A program made the position numbers and the translations under genes. Positions 24,278 to 38,469 of a stretch of DNA of 64,000 nucleotides are shown piece after piece. Source of the stretch: Octopus vulgaris. Its lineage: Eukaryota. Position 1 is the stretch's first letter. Every line of letters starts with the position of its first letter. The stretch lies in contig OX597825.1 of assembly GCA_951406725.2 (NCBI GenBank), forward strand, positions 63,922,001-63,986,000. The letters run 5' to 3'. The notes below the pieces were generated by a model. It saw only the letters and a list, made by a program, of their open reading frames with translations. It did not search any database and was not told the DNA's origin.

Positions 24278-25849
24278 AGCATGTGACTTCACATTCAGAC
24301 TATAAATTTACGAGTAAATAATTTTTCTTTTCCTCTTTCTTTGAGCACTGAAAGGTCTACTGTGCAAGTAACAACATAGAGTTAATCGACTTAATCTATA
24401 CTACGAAATGTGTAGCCTTCTGCTGGATTTTGAAATTGTTATCATCGTCGTCATCGTCGTTGTTTTTATCGTTAAGATTGCTGATATTTCGTCCTTACTG
24501 CGGCAAGGCGGCTGTATTCTTGTTTTTGTTTCGAATTATATTTTGTTGCTGATTGTATTTGTATCTTATTGCGCGGAAATATGCGAATTTGGGTTCCAGT
24601 TACTTCGTTCCTTTCCTGGTTGATGAGAAAGATATATTTGAACACTTTTCCTTTAATTGCTTCTGTTGGCTACATATCATCATGCATCTTTGTAATGGAG
24701 TAGGGAGAAAAGACGAGTTGAGAGAAATCCAAACCATTGAACATGCCCTGTAGCAAAGCATTTGTGGAATACAAATCATTAACAAATTGAAAAAGGAAAA
24801 TGTAGAAAACGGAGAAAAATAAACAACGGTATCATCATTGAAAAATATTACACTTGTGAAGGAAAAACCACTGTGGGGGAAATAAAATTCATATCGATGA
24901 CTTAAACGTTTGCAGCGAATACACAAGTTAATAACAACAGCAACAACTACGATGTAGCAGGCATTTTACAGAACGGCTATTTCAGTGGCTGTGAAAGTGG
25001 TTTAGCGCACTTTCTTTCCCCAGATATTTTAGTAAGCGTTCATTTTAGCGATTTTGAAAGCAATTTAGCTATCGCCCATTCTCCATATCTTTTGTGTGAA
25101 TAGAGAATTTTCAGTGTGCAGAAAGATAGGATAGCAATCCGTTACAGAATATTATATTTTCTTGTCTGAAGGATGTGACCAATTAATGCTCTGTAAGATG
25201 TGGGTTACACGGCAAAATGAAATAATGTGAGACCCAAGTATACAGAGACAGATACTATGATGCAGGAGCCGATGCAATGCAATAAAACTGCATCATTCGC
25301 GGTGATATTTTTCTGCAGTTCATTGTCAATATTGGCATGTACGCCGACTGTGAGTGCAGAAGTCATAAAAAAATAACATAGGATAGAAAATCATTAGGCA
25401 GGGAGTTACATTCCCTAATATCGCCGATAAACAGAATGAGTCTTAATCGTTTCCAACGGAAATGAAATAAGTATTCACATGAATGCGAAAGACGTCCAGC
25501 ATAGCGTTTGTCTGGTTGACGTCTTTTGAGAAAACACTAGGTATGAAGGTCTTTTTTTTAAATTAGTAGTTTTAAAGAATAAATATCAGAATAAATTTAG
25601 CTGCACTATTTTAGACATTTAAAATCGTTTGGTGTTTTGCATATGTTAGAAATCAATAAGGATTCAATGAAATTACAATGAATCAAACCAGCCGAAAGTG
25701 GTGGCTGCAGATCTCGGTCACTCGATGATGAGGCTGCTGATTTTCAATCAACTGTATAATATTTATGCAATAACTTATTATGGCTATGCATTCCAAAGGT
25801 GTACAGCATTCCAAAGACGTACCAGTAGGCAGAGGAGGTGTTGCAGGAG

Positions 25850-26510
25850 GCGGAGACTGTGTCGATTAGTGTGGCGCTGAAACTGAATGAATGAAATTAA
25901 GTCGAAGTATCTGATAGAGAATATTCAGTAGCCAGAGAAGATTGGGAATTAGTCGGGAAGCCACTAGTGTTGCTGTATCTGAGAGCAAAGATCGCGAAAA
26001 TAGAGGGTGATATAGCTGAAATGAAGAGCAAGGCGTGGGTGGCATACCACAGTTTGAGATATGTATGGATGTCAGACCTTCGTAAAAAGATCCGTCTCTT
26101 CGATACTGCAGTGGAGTCTGTGCTGTTGTACGTGTCTGTGACTTGAACACTGACCAAAAGACTGACTCAGATGGTGAATGGGTGCTACACGAGAATGCTG
26201 AGGATGGCTCTGAAAATTGATCGGTATACACTGAGGATAAAGAACTCAGAGACGTACGAGAACCTCTCAATAGTTATCTCGAAAACAACACAGAGGAGAT
26301 TGCGGTTAGCTGGACATGCTCACCGCCATTTAGAGTTGATACTGCACTCTGTGCTCCTCTGTGGGAACCACTACAAGAACACACCAGAAGAGTGAGACCA
26401 AGGATGACGTATATTTATGCCCTAAGGACAGCCACTGGTGTCTCATAGCATCGATGATGAGGGACAAAGACCACTGGAGAGACCTCGTCCATGGATCTCA
26501 GGAATTGTAG
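25850..26510 (+). pseudogene. RTE-type (RTE-X-like) LINE ORF 3' fragment, decayed
   Basis: YLRAKI...KAWVAYHSLRYVWMSDL..KIRLFDTAVESVLLYVSVT*TLTK...NGCYTRMLRMAL...RRLRLAGHAHRH...RPRMTYI...DKDHWR; followed by a (TCTA)n tract. Confidence 0.88.
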
Positions 26511-28154
26511 CCTATATATTCATCTATGTCTATCTATCTATCTATCTATCTATCAATATATATATATATATATTTGCGATGAGATTAACCAAAGGTACAC
26601 TCGAAAAGTAGCAGTATTACCATGCAATACGTTTCAACAATTGTGAAAATCTATTCACATGAAACCTCCGGTTGCCTTGTTGTTTCACAAACAAATAATA
26701 TTTATCCACCAATGCTGTGTTGATACTCATTCACACACTTCTATATTAGCGTGTATATACCATATTTGTGTATATATGTAATGTCTTTCAAGACACTGAG
26801 GAACATTGATGGTGAAGAGGGTTTATAACGTAACAGAAGGCAATATATTGATAGACATAAACATAACATTGCTTTAAAAATAAATAAAGACATATGAAGT
26901 GTGAATCTGTTGTTCCTTTATGCTAATAATTTGTGATTAAGGCAATTGGATGATGTCAAACGGACGAGCAATATATTTATTGAAGATGTTGGAGTCAAAC
27001 TGGCGTGACAAACGCTTTCTATGAAATTGATTTGGATTTCGCTAGAAAGCAGATAACTTTCTTTGATGGCAAAGAATGTTTCAGGCTTTGACGCCGTACA
27101 CTTGCCGGATATCTCTGAGATGAAAAGTCGGAGAAAAATAGAATGATTTCTGTCAAGTCATTTAATATATAGACGTAATCCAGATTCTCTTGTGGGGTAT
27201 TTGATCAAACGAAACGCATTTTTTTTCTTTCTACTATATTTATATTTGGACGAATCTAAAATCTGCCGATATGTGTGATTTGCACCAATTCAAGAGTTGT
27301 CTATGAGAAAATGATAACATCTTGAACGAGTCGGAAAAAATTTTCTAGCGTCGGTTCGATTTATTGAAGACCAATAGACAAAATAATCAGATATAGCTGA
27401 CAAATTAAAGGCACATCTCGAAAATCCACAATAAGTTCAAATATGCACAAACGCACTCACACATATATATACACATATGTATATGCATATATAGTTATAT
27501 ACATATATATACATACACATACACAAACACACACTCAAACACACATATATTTACTCAGATGTATATGCATATATATTTATATAAATATATATATTATACA
27601 TACACACATACACACATATGCATGCACACACAGGCATGTATTAACAGAACTCCGTAGATGATCAGCTGGAGCTACATTTCTGTTTGAAAATATTTAAGTG
27701 GACTCCTTCTAAGATACCGTGTATTATACCTCGTGTTATTTTGTGGGAAATATATAAATTGCAACAAATTCTTTTAACTAATTATGTGGAATGATTTGGA
27801 AAAAATAAAACATTGAATACTGAGAGAAAGTCAAAAGCGTGTTATATATTTGCTGTACATTCTTGTCTTTGAATGGGATATATACTGAATTTCCAGAAAA
27901 TAAATTTGCAGAAGGTCTTGAAAACTGACATATATTGTGCATAAACTAAAACCCGAAGTAAGACCAAACTCGAAGAAAAGTTTCTGCTATGTATGAATAA
28001 CAGGTTTTTGGATTCAGCAATATTTATTTGATGTAACTTGTTACATCTGTTACTAAAGCTGTGAAATGTTTGGCATGAACATATTCTTTGCTTATGAAAT
28101 GATATTAATGCATTGAAGGTAGAATTGAAACTAACTGAGTCTTTAATAGAATAT

Positions 28155-28350
28155 TAATTTTGGCACAAGGCTAGTAATTTGGGGAAGTGGATAAGTCGAT
28201 TCATCGACCTCAGTGTTGAACTAGTATTTATTTTATCGACTTCGATATGATAAAAGGCAAAATATACCTACGTGGAAACAGAACTCAAAACATAAAGAGG
28301 TACTAAATACCGTTAAGCATTTTGCCGGGTCTTGCTAACTGTTCTGTCGC
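28155..28350 (-). mobile_element. SINE family D copy (first of tandem pair)
   Basis: GTCGATTCATCGACCTCAGTG...TTTTATCGAC...AAAGGCAAA...TAAGCATTTTGCCGG; homologous to the other D copies. Confidence 0.75.
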
Positions 28351-28364
28351 CTTTTCTTTGTTAG

Positions 28365-28565
28365 GATTTCAAATTTTAGTAAAAGGCCAGCAATTTCGGG
28401 GATGGGGTAATTCGATTACATCGACCGCAGCGCTCAATTAGTACTTATTTTATCGACCTCGAAAAAGATGAAAGGCAATGTCGACCTCACTAGATTTTGA
28501 AAGATGCACGAAATGCCATTAAGCATTTTTCCCGCCCTGATAACGATTCTGTCAGCTCACAGGCT
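28365..28565 (-). mobile_element. SINE family D copy (second of tandem pair)
   Basis: TCGATTACATCGACC...GTACTTATTTTATCGACCTCGAAAAAGATGAAAGGCAATGTCGACCTC...AACGATTCTGTCAGCTC. Confidence 0.8.
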
Positions 28566-29497
28566 TTTTCTTTGATAGCATATTAATATTTGAATTAGGT
28601 CCCGAACTAAATGCGCCCGTGAATATACACTGGTATATGACAGTTTTACAAATGATTTTGAAAATTTATTTTATTCTTACAAGAATCATTTGAGAATCGT
28701 TTTCAGAATTTTGATGAAAATGATGGCTGCAACCAGTTTAAACATATTTCCATTTTGGTAAGAAATAAACAGATATAGAAATTGTATATGTTGACTTCTA
28801 AACGAATTTATTCTTGAAAATATAATTTGATAAGATATTCTGTTCCTTATGTCGTCATTAGCACGTGCAAATTTTCCAGAGTTATTGAATTTCTACAGAG
28901 TTACATATAACACATTGAAACGATGTGTAGATATGAATAAATATTTTCATCAATGAAACTGAAACAAAATAAAACAGGAGTAAGTGTTTTACTGATTCAA
29001 ATTTGGAGAAATTTCTGCTGCTCTCAGTAAATTCTTTAAATTCAATCATTTGACAGAAACAGGTATAAAAGTAAGAAATCTATTTAGCGTTTATCTTTAA
29101 ATTAAATTGATAAATCATGCTAAAATTCAAAAAAAGAAATACATACTTCCGTGGTACATCCAATTATCCGCGTGAATATATTGGCAGGTAGAATGATAAA
29201 TGACGCAATGCAATATGAAATAGGGTTAAATAACGGAGGTGATTTCATATGAAATAAAAGATAATGAACGTAATTAACAAGTAACTCAATTTCACACATT
29301 TTCGGTTTAAAACATGATTCTTCAGGCAATCAAATTGAAACGCCTTGTATATATTTCTTTGGGCTTTTTACATATTAATCTCTATATTTAATAATACCAT
29401 ATGGTACTAAGAATTCTAATAGACCTCACGATGTATACACTGTTCTGCATCAATATCAAGAAGCAAGAATGTCTAATAAGCCTGAGAATAAGATATA

Positions 29498-29566
29498 CTC
29501 TTTACTCTTTTACTCTTTTACTTGTTTCAGTCATTTGACTGCGGCCATGCTGGAGCACCGCCTTTA
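29498..29566 (-). mobile_element. Isolated 3' tail of SINE family C or its partner LINE
   Basis: (TCTTTTAC)n-TTGTTTCAGTCATTTGACTGCGGCCATGCTGGAGCACCGCC. Confidence 0.88.
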
Positions 29567-30655
29567 TGCTAAGAATAAGTTAATGAAGAGTTTACTTTGA
29601 TGTTGTTTAGCCGTTCACTTAGACGACCATCATCAAATACAACTGCGAACCACTGCTCGATACCATTTTTGGTTATAACAATGCCTTGTTTGTTATTCGC
29701 AGTATGCTTAAAACTACAGTATACTTAGAACTTACCGTATACTTAAGACATCAACATCTACTATTTCATTTACTTCCAAAGATTATAGAGTGTTAATTGT
29801 TTTAATTTTTATAACTCCTCTGCCTTGTAACTATTTTCCTTCATTCGGTTTACGAATGTTTTAAATGATCTTGAGTAAGAAGCATTAATACTTTATTTTT
29901 CTCATATTAATATAACTTCCAGTGGTTACAAATAATTAATGTGGTAGCTAAATGAGTTTACAGTTTTTTGTTCATCATAAAAACGCTATATTCGAAAGCG
30001 TGATGGAAAATTTGAATACAACAAATTGTGAAACTAAGCTTAATGTCTCATATGATCGAATATATTAATACGATTGTTGTGTGTTTCGGGATTTATCTTT
30101 TTTTTTATTGTCAAACTTTTAGTAGTCACCCAGAATTGTCTTGGAGAAGAATATAGATGATGTGTAAGGAAATCAGATTTCGTCTAAAGAATCCTTACGA
30201 CTGTTGATATGCGCTAAAAGAAAAATAATTAAATTAAATAAGATACGCCACCCACTTCCGCGTGCTTTATCATCTCAGACATCATTTATATATATGTGTG
30301 TGTGTGTGTGTGTGTGCGTGTGTGTATAATTATACCTTTATATGAATATATATTATCTATATATTAATTATATTATTTTATTTCTTTTATATAATATTTG
30401 ATTGTTTTATAAATATTTTTAATTAATGATTACTCTCATTAATTTGAGATCATAGTGGGATACATGCATAATTTTCGAGTATCGTTTCAGTCTGGTACAT
30501 CACTTATGGGTTTCCATTTACGAAACGGCTAAGCAAATTTGCTTGAACGGACAGAGCATTAGCAATCCAAGGATACTTTACATACATTTCAACGAGGTAA
30601 CTCATGTACATACACACGTGCAAGTAGGTATAAATACACACACACGCACACACAT

Positions 30656-30688
<33 letters not shown>

Positions 30689-30765
30689 GGAAAACATTTT
30701 TTTCAAAAATTTCATGAAGTCGCCAGCATATTAAAATACATTCAAATTTGAATATTATAAACAAT

Positions 30766-30904
30766 TATAAATAAGGGCAAAAGAAAAAAATTCTATGCTA
30801 GAACGTGTTTTCATAGTGAAGTATATTGTATGTGGTGATTGACGATTTAAAGTCTTTTCATTAGCATATTAGCATAGAAATTTTTTCTTTTGCCCTTATT
30901 TATA
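30766..30904. repeat. 139-bp MITE-like element with 35-bp terminal inverted repeats
   Basis: 30766-30800 versus 30870-30904 match 34/35 in inverted orientation; 69-bp spacer; both ends TATA. Confidence 0.8.
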
Positions 30905-31289
30905 CCTTATAATTTGAGATGAACGGACCTGTTTTAGCATTTTAGGTAAGTTCATCTAAAATTCTTTGTAAACTCCTAAATATAACTCCTTGTATGAATA
31001 TATGTATTACCAAATATGATTTTTATTGAACTCCTAATATTTTTTTAAAATTCCTAATACTTTTTGTTTAATATTTTCTCAAGGTATTTCCTTGTAAACT
31101 ATTTTAAACATTTTCTTATTATTATCAAAGAATGTATATAAGTATTTTAATACTTTTGTGACAACCGGTACTTAACACAACAAAGCTTATACAAAGCTTT
31201 ACATTTTACTTTTGACAATCTTTTTCTAAAGAAGTGAAACCGGTCAAGTGAATAAAAATCTTTAAAATTGCATTTTCAAACCTTCTTTC

Positions 31290-31435
<146 letters not shown>

Positions 31436-31436
<1 letters not shown>

Positions 31437-31516
31437 CGATGGGCTTCTTTGGTCCGTCCCGACGCTATAGAAGAAGACAGCTGCCCAAGGAGCCACGCAG
31501 TGGGACTGAACCCGGA
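31436..31516 (-). mobile_element. SINE family C, internally deleted 5' fragment
   Basis: GCTATAGAAGAAGACAGCTGCCCAAGGAGCCACGCAGTGGGACTGAACCCGGAA. Confidence 0.8.
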
Positions 31517-31576
31517 AGATATATATATAAATCAGAAAAACAATACAATAAGTTGTATTTTACACCTAGCAGAATT

Positions 31577-31621
<45 letters not shown>

Positions 31622-32044
31622 TTAAACAATGAAGAAATTAAAATTCAAAATGTTTAAATTAAGAAATTTGAAAGTGGAGATTACCCAACGGGTATTCGTT
31701 ATATGTACTGTATTGTGATTTAGGTGGAATTTAGATATGTGGGAAAGTTTGAAGCGTCGGTTACATGTACCTAGGGCCTCGGTATACATACTACCCTAAT
31801 GTCTAACATATATTTTCATTTTTATTCTCATATTTCCCTTTATACTTCCCATATCTCTCCCTTTCCATAATAATTTCTTATATTGAACTCTAATATTTCC
31901 TTTATTTAACTCTCTCCTATCGTCTCTATTGATGGGGTATCCTTTATATCTCTGAAACAGCTATATGACCACCTCTTTCTTTATAAATGTCTTAGAAATT
32001 TCTCGGACGCGTCTACACAGTTCACCCTGAACTCCGAATTCTCA

Positions 32045-32806
32045 ATACGTTAATGCACTTGCAGAAGCCTCTCTGTGTCTTCGCCGCACAAGCTCCGACA
32101 ACTTTTCGCAATAATACTGGGTTTCCACAACCTGACAGACTCACATTCCCTTTGGAATAAATACAAAGACTCAATGTGTTATAACATCTTGCTGCAAACT
32201 CACCAAATCACTCGTAGCGTTGACAGTCCCACTATCCCAGCCATTAACAACGGAGGGCTTCTCCTCTTGGAAGACTTGGTTATACAATTCGAGGTCAACG
32301 ATTGGGCGCTTAACGACGACTTACTCTCTCAGTTACTTTCTCAACAACGTCGTTAAAGATCAGTTGACATCGTTACCGACCTCGACCAGGTTACACAGTT
32401 TCTCAAATCCCAAGCTCCTCCAGGACACCCTCTCCATAATCTTCACTCAAAGGTCGGTTGCCCTATCATCCTCCTACACGATCTAAACACCCACACTGCG
32501 CAATGGAACTCGCTTTGTGGTCAAACAAATGAGGGACCACGTCATCGAAGCCCAAATCATCAAGGAACATGGCAAAAACGATACCGTGTTCATTTCTCTA
32601 ACCCCAAAAGACCGTCCCTACTCTATGCAGAGACTGCAATTTCCTCTGAAACACAGCTTCGCCGTGACAATTAACAAAGTACAAGTCAGCCGCTGACACA
32701 TGGACAGTTCTACGTTGGTTGTTCTAGAGTTGGCCATCGAGACAGCTTATTGAAGTATGCTCCTGAAGTTAAAACAAAAACTGTCTTCAAAGCAGCCCTG
32801 CAGTAG
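32045..32806 (+). pseudogene. Helitron RepHel remnant (PIF1-like helicase C-terminus), internally deleted and frameshifted
   Basis: PHKLRQLFAIIL...LWNKYKDSM, then FLKSQAPPGHPLHNLHSKVGCPIILLHDLN / LRNGTRFVVK...VIEAQII...RLQFPLKHSFAVTINKVQ / HGQFYVGCSRV...TKTVFKAALQ*, all matching Helitron helicase motifs. Confidence 0.92.
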
Positions 32807-33429
32807 TTATCCCTCTACTGCATTCTTCACATCTACGCCAACCGGTAGACGTTAGCAAACAGACTTCCTGCAAACATATCATTGATATTCTGCTTCATTT
32901 CCCTGATTACTGTTAACAGGACATTACCGTCAATTTCTCGCACGCTGTTCGTGGATAAGCATGCTCTGACATTCATTTTTTTATACGCTATTACTCTATT
33001 TGCATGTTTGCTTTTCATTATCACATACGAATTTCGTAGAAAAAAGGCTTCAATGTAGTTGTGTGTCAGGCATTAGGAGAAAAATAAGTACATGATACAA
33101 AACAATTAAAGTAAGATATATGATCCCTAATGCCTACTGAAATTGCGATCTCATTTCATAGACTTTCATTTATTACTAACTGCCAAATTTGTGTTAAAAA
33201 AATTTCTTCATTACCTTAGTTTCTTAATATCATATCACAAACTGCTAACGACAATTTTAATTATACATTTTATGCTTATCAACATGAAACGACTTCTAAA
33301 TGTGGGCTAATTCAAATTAAAACGTCCACCTGACTAAAGGATGAGTGCATTTGCTATTATGTATATACATATGTATATAAAGAGAGAAAGAGAGAGAGAG
33401 AGAGAGAGATGTATATGTGTATACACACA

Positions 33430-33484
<55 letters not shown>

Positions 33485-33489
33485 TATAA

Positions 33490-33543
33490 TCCTTTCTACT
33501 ATAGGCACAAGGCCTGAAATTTGGGGGGAGAGGGTCAGTCGAT

Positions 33544-33545
<2 letters not shown>
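33490..33545 (-). mobile_element. SINE family D 3' end fragment
   Basis: GGCACAAGGCCTGAAATTTGGGGGGAG...GTCGATTA matches the end of copies at 28155 and 28365. Confidence 0.6.
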
Positions 33546-33583
<38 letters not shown>

Positions 33584-33589
33584 ATGCAC

Positions 33590-34115
33590 ACACACGCTAT
33601 ATCATCCGTGATATTTGTAAAATGCCATATTTCCCTTGCTTTCAACCTCTCGCTCGCCACCTCCTCTTCACACCTTCCTGTCACGTACAATCCTGCCATA
33701 CTCAGTATCCACGTAACTATACTTCTGTACCTGCAATATTTCACACTCTTGCGCACACCCTAAGAAATCAAATGCATTGTAAAAATACGCACATACTTAA
33801 ACTTATATTTGTTTCTATACGCAGATACCTTCCTATAAGTACACAGACCACCTGCCACATCCTCGCTTCTTAACTCCCATCGAGAGAAATATATTCCCAC
33901 CTGGCCAGTAACACTTTCGATTTTTTCTTCTGCATTCGCTTTTTTGGCATTTTCCATTGTTTCTCTTTCTGTTTCTTTTCTATCTTGCTTCTGATGAAAA
34001 CGTAACTTCCGAAATCTTTTGATACATTCCCTTTCTTCTTTCTTTTAGAGATTAAACAAACGTTTGTTATACTTTCTCCTCACCGCGTCGTTTACATTTT
34101 GTTTTCCTTGCCTTC
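33590..34115 (+). mobile_element. Decayed Penelope-like element fragment (ORF linker remnant plus pyrimidine-rich terminal repeat)
   Basis: SHLPVTYNPAILSIHVTIL resembles the P(L)VLTYHP linker of Penelope ORFs; downstream CTGATGA...GAAA (33991-34014) lies in a context similar to 49145-49352 and 51285-51447. Confidence 0.45.
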
Positions 34116-34549
34116 ATGTTGTATGTATGTGCACATACATATATGTGCATACAAATGTTTGTGTATTTGTTGTGAAGGATATCACTATCCGTTTTCAAAC
34201 TGTACTCTAGGATGTGTGAGACACGCTTTCATTTGTGATAATAATACTAAAGAAATAAAAATAGTATTCATTTTTATCATTTACGGATTAGTGAAAATAC
34301 AAATATCAGGTAGTTACATGACTTCTTTTCTTCGAAACAATCTATAGTCCAAGATTATAAGAAAATTTCTAGGATAATTCTTATAAGAGCGTTTTTTATT
34401 ACATCTGAAGCAGTATTATATTTACACGCAACTATTATGGATAGTTACATATATATGAATATACGTATGTGTATATATACATACATAATTACATACATAC
34501 ATACACACAGAAGCATATTAACTCATATATGATGTAAAAAATACTACAC

Positions 34550-34752
34550 AAAGACGTTAATGACACAAAGCGAGTATATTAGCTTACACGTTATTAGTTT
34601 GAAAGAGATGATGTAGAGATAAAGGTATGAAATGTCTTTAAAGTTTCGAGCATTCACTCTTCTTCTGAGAAAAAAAGAACAGCACGGAGAGAAAAGGATG
34701 GGAAAATGGGGGAACGGAAACAGAGGCGGAAGAACTGTAAGCCTGCCACCTG
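34550..34752 (-). mobile_element. Penelope-like terminal repeat remnant with hammerhead-like motif
   Basis: Minus strand CAGAAGA-A-GAGT(gaat)GCTC-GAAAC-TTT-AAAGAC at 34635-34670; same layout as 51311-51348. Confidence 0.55.
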
Positions 34753-35669
34753 TGTGTGTTTGTATGTATATAAATATGTGTGCATGTGTCGACGTCGATA
34801 ATTGGTAGTAAAAGTGTATGTGTATATTGTTTAACGTGTTGGTGTATACGATTGTGAGTTTTCGTTCACAGGTGTAACGTAGGTTTTTGGTGGTTTTACA
34901 GGGACTGTGAGAATATTTGATAGTTGCGTGATGTAAGTAAATATTTGTATACTATAGTGGAACGAACAGTTAACATACTAGATATAAGTACTATACTTAT
35001 ATAATAGCAGAGGAATCAATTTGTTTTTCTTTTTCTCCCTTCTCATTTAATAGGCTTGTGAATATTTCGTGGAAGAATCATATTCTTTGAAAAAATGATT
35101 ATTTTGTTTTCCTCTTACGAAACCATAGAAATATATCGATTCTGCGACTACTTTTTGGCCATGTAAGAACAAAGCTAACATTATTTAAACAGCATATTTC
35201 TCTAAAATTACCTTACGAAGGGCATACAGGGTGCTCAATCAAAGAGCTACAGATAGCAGCCTAATCCAGACGTATTATTCCCTTGTTGGAAAGGAAATGC
35301 TGCATTGAACAAATCAGCCCCCGCTGTTGGAACTTTATTTATTCATGGAATCCTTTGAACATAGTTCTGCCTAATGAAAACTGTTCTCTGACTAAGCAGT
35401 TCACCGGCGGTTGGAATCTTGACGTATCCGATAGGAAACCATTTGATTTAACCTATAAACAGAAACTATATCAAATGATGGACCAGCTACTATAGAGTAG
35501 CTGGTGTATACTTCAAAGTTTACAAATGCTATGTAAGATCCTTGACTGCGTTAGCGTATAACTGACTCGATAAAATAAAGCATCTGTCAAATACTGTAGT
35601 CGAATTTAGCGACTAACCACTTCCCCTCAGAATGGCTAAACTTGGGAACAAGTTGGAAATAATAAGAAG

Positions 35670-35860
35670 AACGGTGAGCAGTATTGTTGACGCATTAGAG
35701 AAATTGCTTTTTTATAATTTGAGTTCAAATCGTGCCGAAGCGAAATTTGTTTCTTTTCCTTTTGGTATTCATAATATAAAAATGCCAATCAATTAACGTG
35801 TTTGAATATAAAGACATCTCTCATCATCGCCAAATAATTGCCGCCGTGACACAAACAATT
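35670..35860 (+). mobile_element. SINE family D, heavily decayed
   Basis: CGGTGAGC...TTGAGTTCAAATCGTGCCGAAG...TTTCCTTTGG aligns loosely to 53829-54040. Confidence 0.5.
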
Positions 35861-35907
35861 ATCATAACTGGTAGACTATGATAACTGGACCACCTACATT
35901 TAGATAT

Positions 35908-36135
35908 TTTTTACTTGTTTCAATCATTAAACTGCGGCCATGCTAGGGCACAGTCTTGAGGAACTTTTAGTCGAACTACTCGAATACAACACTTATTATT
36001 ATTTTTTTTTTTTTTGAAGTCTGATACTTATTCCATTGGTCTACCTTGCCTATCAGCTAAATGACGAGGACATAAAGACACCAACACCGATTTCCAACGG
36101 TAGAGGGGGACAGACGTAGACACAGATCACACACA
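35908..36135 (-). mobile_element. SINE family C, 3' module
   Basis: TTACTTGTTTCAATCATT..ACTGCGGCCATGCTAGGGCAC...ACACCAACACCG. Confidence 0.75.
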
Positions 36136-36804
36136 TAAAATGACGTTTTATGTTACGCGTTCAAATTTCGCTGAGCTCCCCTATGTTACACATTCCAATG
36201 GAATGCATCAAATGTACTACATGTGAAACACTGGTACGTTGTAATCGACTCGGCTCTCCTTTTCAAAATTGCTGACACAGCCTCCAAATTAGAAGTGAGC
36301 ATAATTACCATTATAACAACAGCAACTATAACAGAAACAAGATCAAAACAACATCGATGTAAAATAAACAAATATAACAACCATTGCTTAATGCTGCGTT
36401 CGCAATTCAATTAATCAATATATGCTGTTACGGTAGTTTTGTTTTAGCATTATTTTGATATATTTGCGTTTCGTTTTACATTATTTTCCCCCCACCGTTC
36501 TTCAAATTCCATTTTGTGACAGGGAAGAAACTCATAAAACATCACTTTACAAATTGCGATGTTTGTGATATTAAAGTCTTCACTCTTCTCTTCCAACCGT
36601 TTTTAAATTTGACATTTGATAGCTGGTATTCTCTCGCATTTAAAGTCCTGCACTTTTTGTGTTTTTTTTTTGTTTTTTTTACGTTAGAGGTCGCTGTATC
36701 ACTTAAACCTAACTTGCTCGAACATCTCGTTCCACTAATCAATGTAAACCAGTCGTCTTCAATCGACATGAGCGATATACACTGTGAATATTGCCACTCA
36801 TAAT

Positions 36805-36845
36805 GGTAATGATGATGATGACGATGATGATGAAGATGGTGGTGG

Positions 36846-36881
<36 letters not shown>

Positions 36882-36897
36882 CGACGACGACGACGAC

Positions 36898-36967
<70 letters not shown>

Positions 36968-37485
36968 GGGAGGAGGAGGATTGTGGTGATGGTAGTATTA
37001 GTAACTGAGGTTTTGGTCGGTAATAGTATAATGGTGGTAGTGTTGATGGCACAGTTGATAATGAACGAAAATAAAGAAGGTGATGAGGCAAGGGGAGGAA
37101 TATGGGAATATGCCTATGAGGAGAATGATGATGATGATGATGAGGAGGAGGAGGAGGAGGAAGGAAAGGAGGAGGAGGAGAATGAAAATGAGATTAATCC
37201 TGACAATGCTGATTATGACGAAGTGATGGTGATGATGATGATGATGATGGCGATAATGACAATGATGATGATGATGATCTTGACGACGACAACGGTGATT
37301 ATTATAATGAAAATGATGATGATGATGATGATGATGACAAATAATGATGAGGAGGATGAAAATGGAAATGAGATTGATCCTGACAACGCTGATTATGACG
37401 AAGTGATGATGATGCTGCTGCTGATGATGATGATGATAGTGATGATGATAATGATGATGATGACAACGATGATGATAACGATGAC

Positions 37486-37557
<72 letters not shown>

Positions 37558-37660
37558 AACGATGATGATGATAACGATGATGATGATAATGATGATAACG
37601 ACGACGATGATGATGACAATGATGATGATGATGATGATGATGTGACGACGGCGACGACAA
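36805..37660 (+). repeat. Large (GAT)n/(GAC)n/(GAG)n trinucleotide field with an internal ~60-bp duplication
   Basis: Directly visible; ATGAGATTRATCCTGACAAYGCTGATTATGACGAAGTGATG occurs at ~37188 and ~37368. Confidence 0.97.
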
Positions 37661-38144
37661 GTATGAAGTGTGGCGTGTATGCGAAACAGGAGCAATATGT
37701 CTAACATCGTTACATGTTTCAGAATATGAAATCATTATATTTCGCATTTGGTTTGATTCATATATTTCTTACTTGATTATTATTTTTTTTTTTTCCTTTT
37801 AATATTTTCTCTTTCGTTTTCGTCTGTTAATTTTCAAATGTAGTTTCCTTGAACTTTTACAAAATTAATGTCAAGCACCGAGCAGCGAGCGCTAAGCAAC
37901 GCACGCACTTAAACTCTCACACAGATACACACACACAGACTCACGTATACACAGACACACGGATACATATACACATGGGAAACGTATACACACAGACGCA
38001 CGAAAAGACAAACGCAAAGACACGTATACATACGCACACACAAAAATAAAAATTTTTGCTAAATATAATACTAAGAAAATATAATAAAACTATCATTCTC
38101 TTCCACTTGCACGTTCTTGTTTGCAGAAATTTTGTGGCGTTAGT

Positions 38145-38437
38145 GTTGTTGCTGACGTGGAGGTGGTAGCGGTTGGGGTGGTTGTGGCGGTGGTGGAGGC
38201 GGTTGTGATGGTAGTAGTAATGGTGGTGATGGTGGTGGTGGTTATGCAGCAATTACTGCATTCGGCAATAAAGAACATGGAGAAATAGAAAAGGAGGCGG
38301 TGATGTTGATGATGGTGATGATGATGATGATGTTGTTGTTGATGATGATGATGATAATGATGTTGATGTTCACGATGATGATGATGAGGGGGAGGAGGAT
38401 CATGATTAACACGATGATCATGATGACGATGATGATA

Positions 38438-38469
<32 letters not shown>

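Noticed and set aside
36791-37747. 284-aa poly-Met, 249-aa poly-His and poly-Asp ORFs as metal-binding or biomineral proteins
   Set aside because: All arise from (GAT)n in alternative frames, with no unique domain, signal peptide or splice evidence.
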